Part shown: piece after piece, positions 12,204 to 23,299 of the stretch
Position numbering within the stretch: position 1 is the first letter of the stretch
How the letters are laid out: each line of letters starts with the position of its first letter
NCBI GenBank assembly: GCA_012295275.1
Contig: CM022667.1
Span: 20,770,001 to 20,834,000, forward strand
Direction of reading: 5' to 3'
Source: Chrysomallon squamiferum
Lineage: Eukaryota; Animalia; Mollusca
DNA length: 64,000 nt
Position numbers and translations under genes: made by a program
Notes under the pieces: model-generated
The model's input: only the letters and a program-made list of their open reading frames with translations
Databases searched by the model: none
What the model was told of the DNA's origin: nothing

Positions 12204-14614
12204 CAGTAGTACCTTGACTTATGAGTTCAATTCATTCCATGACAGAGCTCATAACTCATAATTTGCTCATATATCAAATAAATATTCCCAACAAGAATAC
12301 CATTAACATGTTCCAGCCCCCCAAAAAAACCACACCAGTTTTTTGTGATGTGTTTTTAAATAAGAAAAATATATTTATAAATGATAAATACAAGCAAATT
12401 ACTGAATGAAACTGGAAAATGTGTTATTTAGGCAATCAACTTTTAGATATAAAATTACTAATGTGGAATCTCAGAGTGAATAAAATATTTTAACAAGTAC
12501 CAACACAGGTTTCACACACTTCAATAAGATCTTAACTATTTTAATTTGAACCTATAGATAGTTGGTTTTAAGCAAATGTTAAGAAATATATTGTTTTGTA
12601 AAGTGTAGTTACCTTGGAGATCAGACAACTTGGCCTAACTTAATTGCTCATTTCTTTTCACTTTACATTCGCTTAACTTAATCTTCTTAATTGTCCTTTT
12701 TGCCATGCTTTCCTCACTTTCATCGGCATGGTGTTGAAATATAAATTTTTCCAAGAAGGCTTGATTCATCCTCCTTTTCAGAATGTTTCGGAAATAAGTC
12801 AGGCAAGTGTCATTATAAAGTGCAGATGCACGACCAGTTGTAATTTTATCTGGGTGTTTCTTTTCAATAAACTGAGAAAGTTTCTCCCACATTCCCAGCA
12901 TTTTCTTTATCTCTGGTGTAGAGATATTCTCTGCTGCCTCTAGCCCTGCCACAGTATGACTGTCAGCATGCAGCTCCTTTAACTCCTCTGTCGTCATATC
13001 CTCGGAGCTCTCCTCAACAAGCTCGTTCACATCATCTTCATCCAACTCCAGGCCCATGGATTTTCCAAGTGTCACAATCTCATCCACCACTGCCACTTCA
13101 GGTTGAAATTCTTTGAAGTCCATTTCAGAAACAACCTCAGGCCACAGTGTTGTCCATGCAGAGATCAAGGTCCTTTTTGTAACACTTTGCCAGGCCATAT
13201 CAATAATTCTGATGCATTCCACAATGTTATAGTGATTCTTCCAGAACTCTCGAAGGGTGAGGTTTGTGTTCTCCGTCACCTCAAAGCAGTGGCAGAACAG
13301 GTGCTTGGTGAAGTACTCCTTGAAATTTGAAAACACCTGCTGGTCCATGGGCTGTAGGAAAGGAGAGATGTTGGGTGGAAGATAGAGAACCTTTATAAAA
13401 GTGAACTCGTTGAGGATTTGGTCTTCAAGGTTTGGTGGGTGAGCAGGAGCACTGTCCAGGACAAGAAGGGCTTGCAGGGGTAGGTTATTTTCCTGGAGAT
13501 ACTTCTTAACTGCAGGACCAAATACCATGTTTACCCACTCCACAAAGAACTGCCTGGTGACCCACACCTTTGGGTTTGCCCTCCACATAACCTGGAGTTT
13601 TTCTTTTATAACCTTCTGCGACTTAAAGACTCTCGGATTTTCTGAATGATATACAAGCAATGGCTTGATCTTGCAGTCGCCACTCGCATTGGCACAAAGT
13701 GCGAGTGTTAACCTATCATTCATGGGTCTGTGGCCTGGCATCTTCTTCTCTTCTGCTGTTATGTAAGTCCTCCTTGGCATCCTTTTCCAGAAGAGCCCTG
13801 TCTCATCACAGTTGAAGACTTGCTGGGGGATGTATCCTTCGGCTCTTATCATTTCAGCAAAAGTTTTGAGATAATCCTCAGCTGCCTGCTCATCTGAGCT
13901 CGCTGCCTCACCATGCCTGACGACGTGGTGAATGCCAGTCCTCCTTCTAAAATTGTCGAACCAGCCACGACTGGCTTTAAATTCCGATAGTTCGCCCGAG
14001 GAGGTTCCTGGGGTCTGCTGCAGCAAATCAGCATAAATGGTTCGTGCCTTCTCGCAGATGACACCCTCCATCACAGTATCTCCTGCGAGCTGCTTCTCCG
14101 TTAACCACACCAACAACAGTTTCTCCATATTATCATGGACAGAGGTCCGTAGTTTAGAAATTATTTTAACGCCTTTGGCTGGACTTATAGCCTTTATCGA
14201 CTCCTTTTGCTTCAGTATCGTACATATCGTAGAAGTACTCCGCTCGTACTGTCTAGCTAACTCGACTACACGTACACCTCGCTCATATTTGTTTATGATT
14301 TCATGCTTTAATTCAATGGACATCATCCGCTTCTTTCTCTCACTAACTTTCTTAGGATCCATTGTAGAAAAATGAAATTTTACAAAATACTGAACAAAAT
14401 GCGAGCACACACAACAGCACAGAGAAAATTCCACAACGGGGTATAACGAGTTAGACGCGGGATTCTGGCCGGATGTTGTGTTATTCGCTGCGCCAACTAG
14501 CGGCGGTATATCAAAAGTGGGCTCGTAACTCGGAGTTTGTCTCGCAACGCAAAGCCAAAAATCGACCGGGCGACTCCTGTAAACTCGGAAAACTCATAAG
14601 TCATGATACCACTG
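12204..14614 (-). mobile_element. Full-length Tigger (pogo family) DNA transposon, 2411 bp
   Basis: 24-bp TIRs CAGTAGTACCTTGACTTATGAGTT and (rc) CAGTGGTATCATGACTTATGAGTT (3 mismatches), TA target duplication at 12202-12203 and 14615-14616, and one long internal ORF. Confidence 0.93.
12635..14362 (-). CDS. Tigger/TIGD1-like transposase, 575 aa, DD36D
   Basis: Uninterrupted ORF from ATG 14362 (MDPKK). It has psq/CENP-B HTH domains (FKASRGWFDNFRRR) and catalytic motifs FNCDETGLFW, LLVLDSAPAHP and LQPMDQ, with 36 residues between the second and third Asp. Confidence 0.93.
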   Translation of the reverse strand: MDPKKVSERKKRMMSIELKHEIINKYERGVRVVELARQYERSTSTICTILKQKESIKAISPAKGVKIISKLRTSVHDNMEKLLLVWLTEKQLAGDTVMEGVICEKARTIYADLLQQTPGTSSGELSEFKASRGWFDNFRRRTGIHHVVRHGEAASSDEQAAEDYLKTFAEMIRAEGYIPQQVFNCDETGLFWKRMPRRTYITAEEKKMPGHRPMNDRLTLALCANASGDCKIKPLLVYHSENPRVFKSQKVIKEKLQVMWRANPKVWVTRQFFVEWVNMVFGPAVKKYLQENNLPLQALLVLDSAPAHPPNLEDQILNEFTFIKVLYLPPNISPFLQPMDQQVFSNFKEYFTKHLFCHCFEVTENTNLTLREFWKNHYNIVECIRIIDMAWQSVTKRTLISAWTTLWPEVVSEMDFKEFQPEVAVVDEIVTLGKSMGLELDEDDVNELVEESSEDMTTEELKELHADSHTVAGLEAAENISTPEIKKMLGMWEKLSQFIEKKHPDKITTGRASALYNDTCLTYFRNILKRRMNQAFLEKFIFQHHADESEESMAKRTIKKIKLSECKVKRNEQLS

Positions 14615-15331
14615 TATTTTATATTATAGTATGTAATTGAATTTCCATAATACGATAAAGACATAAGAAATAATAAAAGTAAATTTTAGTGAAAAAGTTA
14701 ATGGCGTTTTCTTTTTTCTTTTTTTAACGATATCTGAATGTAAATAATAAATATGTGAAATGGCTTCTTTAAATAAGTAAGATATAACTGAAGTAATTTT
14801 TTTTTGTTATTTTATTATTTTTTTTTCCAATTATTTCATTTAATAATTATTTTCTGACACTTCAACAATGAAAACAAATACTTTAAACATTATCTTCAAC
14901 AGAAATTCACCTTCATGTGAAAGTTTATCTTATGGGAATTGGATTGAAGAAAATTTAAATAGCTATTATATTTAGTTCTATATTTAAAAACAATAATAAA
15001 ATTCTGTTTTAAAATTATTATTATTATTATTATTATTATTATTTTTTTTTTTTTTTATGTTTCCGATAAGTATCTTAATAAAAACACCATTTTCTCATTT
15101 ACTACATAAACATCGTTTATACAGTGTAAAAGTTAAATCCAAATATTTTAACGAAATCACATACATATTATATGTCATCCAAAACTGTATAAACCTACAG
15201 CAGATAACTGAAACTACCTGGAAAAATAAAACAACTCTCCAAGAGAAACTGTATGACACAAGATGTGATCTACAGAGAACAGAATCATTCACTCACCGCT
15301 TGCCTTGACGTGAATTCAACAAGCGATAGAA

Positions 15332-15374
<43 letters not shown>

Positions 15375-15606
15375 TATAACACCAAGTCATTTCTTTCTGG
15401 GATCATAGTAATCTAAACGTAATTAACTGCTTTCAAACATACGAGGTTTTGTATATGAGAGGAAACATGACGCTATCACTCCAGGAATTAGCTGAGTCTG
15501 ATAACAGTTGTTGAAACAAAGACTGGGCCGATCTTCATAATGTTTATGTTACTGGAACAGAATACAAATAGTTTAATTTTGCCTGAGATTTTTGTTGTTG
15601 TTGTTA

Positions 15607-15637
<31 letters not shown>

Positions 15638-16028
15638 CAAACTCTTCCAGATATGCATGCTTTGACTATTGCCTTGCAGGACATTTCATGAAATTGATGA
15701 AATAAGCAGCTGACTTGCTTTTGACAATCTTAATGTGTGCAAAACATCCTTTATTGCCTCAGTTATGCTTGCTTTGTTTGCATTAGCTGACTTATATTGA
15801 ATATTATATCTTTAGGGTTTTTTCACGTATTATTATTAACATCTTCAAATCTTGTCTATCAGTCTGATCAAATATCGTTTTCAAGAACATGTTAGCCATG
15901 TGGACATGAACTGTTAAAATTCCTTATGGAATTGCTTTTGTGTAAAATCAACATTGTGAAGACTGGCCCACTGGTTACTTAGATATTAGAATCTAAAGAA
16001 TGGAAGCAAGGCCCATTTTGAGTACATA

Positions 16029-17072
16029 TGTGACATTTCTGAATGCTCTAATTACAAAGGTTTTGATCCGATAAAAGTTTAAATTTTTATTCAGGCGCTT
16101 TACATCTGTCTGCTGTACTGGGTGACTTTATATGTGTAGAATAGAGAACTAAGAGCCATTGCTTTCTATTCTATAAAGGACAGTATATAATGTTTTAAAG
16201 TAATTAGTGGGGAGTAAGTGCTAGCAAGATAGATCAAGATGACTGGCTTCTACTGGAAGTTTCTGTTAGCGTTGACAATATATAGCAACTGCTGCCTGGA
16301 AGTTAAGGGGGAACTTTCTGAGATAGCAAAGTATTGCAAAGCATTGCAAAGCATTGAAAAATTGCTAGTGAAGATAAGATTTTTTTTTATATTTCATTTC
16401 ACATTAAATCAGTAATTAATTTAGGTTTATTGCTTTAATTTTAATATATCTATTAAAGAGGAATAATTAAAAGATGAGACAATAATTATATTGTATTTGT
16501 GGACTTTCATTTATTTTGAATATGCTAGTGCACAATTTATTAAATGTCATGCATAACTTTAAGTAATAGTGGTTACAATTTATAATAATTTAATGGGGTT
16601 TGTATTAGTTTTCACATGGAAATATATTTAAAAGTAAACACAGCTGATACGTATTATTTGTGTTCAGGTGGCGACACCGGTCGTGGGGGGTAAGTGTTAC
16701 TGACAGTATTGCATATGTTTTATATTTATTTGTAACTGTAAAATAACATATGTGTTAGAAATTAGTGTAGACAGATTAGTAGGGTATTAGTATTGGTATG
16801 TCAGGTGTCCAAGTGCCAGAAACACTTTGATTATAAGTTTGTTGAATATATTTGTTTATAATTATTTTCTTTTTTATCTAAATATCAGGGGTTTTGTATC
16901 GGTTTGATGTTTTTTAGTTTTGTACAATTGTGATTTGTTTTATGAACATGGTCAGTGACCTTGAGTTGGAAACCGTCTTGTTATTCCTTAGATATATATT
17001 ACGTATATATATTATATCAACCTATCGGTCTCACGAGTTCCGCTTGCCTTGGTTCCCCCTCCCCCCGTTACA
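16029..17072. mobile_element. Solo LTR (probably Gypsy-type), about 1044 bp
   Basis: Starts TGTGAC and ends GTTACA, flanked by an identical 4-bp TSD CATA (16025-16028 and 17073-17076). No gag or pol nearby. Confidence 0.7.
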
Positions 17073-17815
17073 CATATAAAAATACTTTTATGATGACATT
17101 GTCTATTGTACTGGATGACTTTACATGTAAAATGGATTTTATGATGACGTTTTTTAAAACTTTAATGAAAATGTTGACTGTTATTGTTGAGAAGAATTAT
17201 ATTTGTGCACAATTTTGTGTAGATCTTACAACATCTTCTCATCCCGATGAAAAACAAAAATAAGAAGAAGAAAAACAAATAATAAGTAATCAACGAAAAG
17301 AAAACAACAGAGCGTCTGAATAATGTGACTTTCTGTCAAGATATCATTCCGTAACATTAATGTATTAATAACGAATGAAACTTTGCCAAAATGAAGACTG
17401 GTTTCATATGTATAAATACATGTAACAATATATGCGATTTCGTACATTTCCACTGAAGTGTGTAGACGATATAATTAAACATTAAAAAGAGAAAAAGAAA
17501 AAAATAATTTTCCACACTGCTTTAAAATAATCTAAAGGGATCAATGTGAATAATTCTGAACCTAGTTTTAAACTAAATATTTATAATTTGTGTTTTCACT
17601 GATAATTTGATTTTGGAGGTTTTATTACTATATCTGCTTGAACAAAATTAATGATAAAGATATTTTTATCATCTTTATATCACTGTAATTCAGCTAGATG
17701 TAATAATAATAATAATTAAAAAAAATACCTATTATAAATTTTCTCGATAATGACAAAGTAAAAACATTGATTCAGTTTATTATAAATCTTTTTTATTATT
17801 ATTATTTTTTTATTT

Positions 17816-17863
<48 letters not shown>

Positions 17864-18756
17864 TAGAACTATTAGCCTATTCCAGAGTAGTTGACTGTGA
17901 ATTTTCAATTATCTCTCTTCATTTTATTTATTTTTATTTATTTATTTTTTTTATTAGTTACAGTTCGACCACTTTATTACCAAACGACCGTCCAGAGAGG
18001 TGAGTAAGTCAAAGTAATTTTAAATACATTTTTTCTAAGGTTAAGTAGCAATGACTTATATCTGTTCTGTTACATTCCATGAGATTAAAGATGAAGGATT
18101 TAGTAACGATGATAATGATGAAATAATTAATTTTTTAGAACTCTACATAAGACTTCGATAGCTTTATTTTCAGTATAATCAATTTTAACAATTCGAACCA
18201 GTGTTTTCACAACGCACACAAAACTGACAAAAGCTTTAAACACCCGTTTGATAACATAAAAATTGAAATAAATTTGCAAACTAATTAAAGTTTGTTCACT
18301 TTGGCGCTCATTTATATTACGAGGAAGCAACATTATTTGTTTGCAGAGAATAAAAAAAATGTCAACATTTTCATTAAAACACGCATGCTACACGTAAGTA
18401 GACTTGTTGAACATAGAAACATTTATTAGTTAGTTTGAAACACAACATGATAAAAATAGCTGCACATTATCTGGCCTTGGGTGAAAACACTAAACAAAAC
18501 TAATACGTTAATACAGATAATACGATACTGAAAATATTAAAGTTTAGGAATGATTGCCGTCAGCATTTTTCATAAACTGCAATCAAAACATGAAAGAGAA
18601 CAGTGGACTCTTGGAAATGTTAACATTAAAAACACCTACTGGCAACTGTCTCCTGCTCTCTCCAGTAATTACATATTTACTGATACACTCACAACTAAGT
18701 TAAAACTAATTTCTGTTAGGTAATGACATTTAAATTTTTGATATTTTTGTTGTGTC

Positions 18757-18798
<42 letters not shown>

Positions 18799-19279
18799 CT
18801 TCATTTCTTATTTTATTTTATAATTAGTTTAATTTAAGTTTCATTATTGATAGGCTACACAAAAAGTTCAATCGATCAAATATAAAGTTAATACAAGTAG
18901 AAACTTATAATCCGACAACAAGCCTTTGCTTCTATTTCAGTGAAATTGTTTAAACCACAGATTATTTTTAAAAACGACTCTTTATATCAATGTACAGCAA
19001 AATCTGAGGCTTTCGAAGCATGAATCCACGTAGAGCACACAAATTAATTATTTTATTATTATTACTTTTGCATTAAAGTAGCATCTGGAGGAGAAGATAA
19101 TTAATTATCTGATGTTTTCACTGTATTATGAAGTTTTATTATAATCACAGATTTTTGGAACTTTTTTTTTATGAAGATTATCTGTCGATTTAAAGTCGAG
19201 GACATATAATTCTTTTACTGCATGTGTTGTGTTGTGGGTAGGCGGGGTGTCACAGCAATGAATAGATTATGTTTACGAT

Positions 19280-19461
19280 CAGGGCCTATGAGAGGAGGGG
19301 GGTCCATCTGGTACTTTGTTCCGAGGCCCAAGAACTAAGAACTCCACAGCAACCATTCAACTTCCATTCCCCTCCCCCTGAATTTTGAGAAAACTCTTTG
19401 CCTGCCTCGGGGCCCCAAAGGGGTTTTGTACCGCCTTGCAAAATTTCTCGTGGAGGCGCTG
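19280..19461. mobile_element. hAT-type MITE
   Basis: GC-rich island with termini CAGGGCCT and AGGCGCTG, and an 8-bp TSD TTTACGAT/TTTACAAT (7 of 8 match). Confidence 0.65.
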
Positions 19462-19495
19462 TTTACAATATTAAAAGTATAGGTGATGAAATTTG

Positions 19496-19904
19496 TTATG
19501 TTAGAGATTCGGATGACTGTGTGCTTTCAGCCAGATTCTGAGTAACAGGCAGTGTCGTTTCTATGGTGTCTGTCTCTGGAATGGTTGAGACCCTCGTCCT
19601 GGTGTCGCTAACAAGTAGCACTAAACCAAGGAAGCCAATCAAGTGAAGCCCGAGAGCGGCAAATAATGACGTCATGAAATCTTCAGCAATTACAGACATC
19701 ATAAAGCTGATTTCCATTCCGATCCCGTTGAGGACACGGAGACCAATTAAAGCAGCCTCTTTCTGATGGGGCAAGAATCTTGGTACAGCCGCTAAAAACA
19801 ACAACAACAATAATAATAATAATAATAATATACACACAGATACATACATACATACATAAGAAAGCTAAATTAATTTAATATTTTATAATATTATGCCCAG
19901 ATAT

Positions 19905-19944
<40 letters not shown>

Positions 19945-22900
19945 ATTAGTTCTATTTTATTACTTGAAAATGTGTTTTTATTTATTTATTTTTCAAAGAG
20001 ATGATGATCGTAAAAAATGATCCCTGACATTCAGTGATTGTTACTAGAAAATGTTTTCATATTAAACATATTAAATGAAAATATTAAAAAATAAATAAAT
20101 AAATAAATAAATAAATTAATTAATTAATAAATAAGTAAATAAATAAATAAATAAAATTTTAAAAAAAGATCCAATTAACTGATCTGAAAAAAGATTAAAA
20201 AAAAAAAACCAATGTAATTTATCGTCAGGAGGTTTTGTTAATTTTTTTTGTTTTGTTTTTTTAAATCTTTTTTTCACGAACTAACATCTTTCATTTCAGT
20301 ATTTTTCTTACAGGAGCAAAAGAACTTGTAATTTCATGCAACATGTGTGGGATTATAAATGAGAGTAATAAAGAAAATAATTAAACAAGGTCTATGAAGA
20401 AAGAAATTAAAGTCTGTTCAAAACAACAAGTGAATTTCAAATTAAACAGCTCCCTAGACGAATGGATTTAATTTAGGACACCTTGAAGTTGGCATTGAAG
20501 TATTCCATCTGCAATTCCCCAGACAGCAAGATAAATTAAAATAATTGGTGCCTGGTTAGGCTCGGGTACCCAGACAAACGCCATGATGAGAACTGCCGAG
20601 TTAAGCAAGAAACCTAAAAAATAAAATAAAGAAAATTACGTTAAATGTTGTCTTTGGTGGTGGTTTTGTGAAACAGGTGAAAGTGAGTCGCTTATTTACA
20701 TGATTAATATCTCAAATTCTGAGAAGAAACTGTCTCAGATCGAGCATGAGGGAGAGAGAGAAAAAGACAGGGATACAGAGAGACAGAAAGTGAGAAAACG
20801 AAGAGAGGAAAACTGCACAGAAATATTTAATATGTCTCACAAATGTGAATTCAGTTAATTTTCAGATGTTTTATGTTTGCAAGAAAGCTAATAATATAAA
20901 AGAGAAAAATCATGGTAATTTACTTGTATTATCCTCTTAATTGTTGTAAAACCTTAAAACTAACCAAAAGAAAATCCTTTTTTTTGTTGCGAATTCCATC
21001 TTAAATGATTAAAAAAAAAAAAAGAAGATTTCTATGTCTATTTGTCTTAATACTGACAAATGGCGTTGATATTTAGCAATTTAATTATAAACACCGGAAA
21101 TAGAAAACTATTATAGGACAAAAAAAACGAACAAGAAGGAAAAAGGTTTGTCATTTAGGAAAATCAGTTACGCTAAAACTAATTTATATAAAACACTGCT
21201 TATAGTGATTAATTATAAAGAACTATCATTTATACATGTAATATATACAAATATTTACTTGCATTAAACATAAAAAAAATATATAATAAAAAGTTTCAGA
21301 ACTGTACATACATCTCTATTCAGTTTAACCTTAAAACAAAAGATATTTTAATCTTTTAAAGTGATATTTGAAAAAGAAATTTCTATCACAAATTATTTTT
21401 TAAAGGAAATGCAAATACGTATTTCTTTGCTATCGGAAGTACTTTAAAAGACCTTTAAAAGTCTGATATAAAAATAAAAATAGAAAAAGGTATAACACTA
21501 TTACAGGAGAGAAGATGAAGAAATCTACCGAGGTCAATCAACCGATATTCCTTAAAATAAGAAAATAGATCCTTCCATCTTCATTAGTGTCACAGACCAA
21601 ACGTACAAATCGATTAGTGGCCACGTTATAGTTGGAAACACAATTAAAATGTCTTTCGTCTTGTACGTAAGTCTGGCTGTACACGATGTTAACAAACTTG
21701 TAACTACAAATGTTGATGTTCAGAAACAGATAACCCTGAATCGTCACAAAATTACCAATAAGAACATTTAACTAGATAAATATATGTAAGTCACATATCT
21801 TCTGTTATTTAACAACTGTGTTATATTCCTAAGGAGTACTGACAAATTTATATCGTTATAATTATCAGTGAAACCTTTCTTAATTATTCACAACCACTGA
21901 AATGAGAGAATAAAAATAATAATGATGATGATGATGATGATGATGATGATAATAATAATAATAATAATTAAAAAATAATAATAATTATGTACTTATGGAA
22001 TTTTGTACATTCAGATTTAATGTTAACATGAAAAATCTTACTTTCAGGAAAATAAAATAAAAATTAACAATGGTCAAAACAAGACAGTAATAGTTAGAAG
22101 TGTATATACTGCCAAACAGGGCAAAGCATATCACTATACTTAAACGTCCAAGTAAATGCGTTTAGCAATTACAGAACAAACTGAACACCGTTGGGATCAC
22201 GGTGACTTTAAGCCATATTTGTGAGTTTTCAAAATATCTTGATCCAATAACAAAATTTTAATGTTTCCTTTACTGTATTCTTTTACTCTGTCTATTATTA
22301 AGAAGGGTTGCACTCTTATGGGCGTTTGCTGCCAGTCTTCTCATTCAGTTTCCGTATTAGCTTAAAACCTGTCGCCATTTGGTAAAAAAATAAAAATATA
22401 TATATATATATATATATGTGTGTTTATAAACAAGTCTGGAGTACGCTGTAATCATGAACTTAAAATCATCTCTATCTCTCCGCCGTAATTCTCTTTTTAT
22501 AATTTATAATTTTATTCAAAGAAAAACAATTAAGCAGTTCCACTTTTATCTTATCCTAGTCCAATTAAAGCGTACAGAAAATCATTTTCCATTTTGTATG
22601 TAATGTGAAAAACCCGTTTTCTTCACTGTGTGTGCACGTGACACGTGTGTGATATCTTCACTGTGTGTGCACATGACAGGTGTGTGATTTCTTCACTGTG
22701 TGTGCACGTGACAGGTATGCGTTTTCTTCACTGTGTGTGCACGTGACACGTGTGTGATATCTTCACTGTGTGTGCACGTGACACGTGTGTGATATCTTCA
22801 CTGTGTGTACACGTGACAGGTATGCGATTTCTTCACTGTGTGTGCGCGTGACAGGTATGCGTTTTCTTCACTGTGTGTGCGCGTGACAGGTGTGTGATTC

Positions 22901-23263
22901 CTTCACTGTGTGTGCACGTGACAGGTATGTGATATCTTCACTGTGTGTGCACGTGACAGGTATGTGATATCTTCACTGTGTGGGCGCGTGACAGGTGTGT
23001 GATTCCTTCACTGAGTGTGCACATGACAGGTATGTGATTTCTTCACTGAGTGTGCACATGACAGGTATGTGATTTCTTCACTGTGTTTGCACATGACAGG
23101 TATGTGATTTCTTCACTGTGTGTGCACGTGACAGTTATGTGACAGAAGCCGTCCTGCGCCGCGGCGGGATGTCGAGTTTCTTTTTGTGAAGCGTTTTTGC
23201 TTTTCTTGAAGAGGATTCCCTCATTGGCGTTATACGTTCGTGATTTTTTTATTTTTTTTTTTA

Positions 23264-23299
<36 letters not shown>

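Noticed and set aside
12728-14375. Short ORFs overlapping the transposase
   Set aside because: They are antisense or alternate-frame shadows of a GC-richer CDS with no recognisable motifs.
14363-14434. 24-aa N-terminal extension of the transposase ORF
   Set aside because: It starts at GTG. The first ATG (14362, MDPKK) fits Tigger N-termini.
21538-21747. 69-aa ORF with faint resemblance to Penelope reverse transcriptase
   Set aside because: The motif match is too weak to support by eye.
22621-23143. CRISPR-like array (35-bp period)
   Set aside because: The units are contiguous with no unique spacers, there are no cas genes, and the context is a eukaryotic intron.
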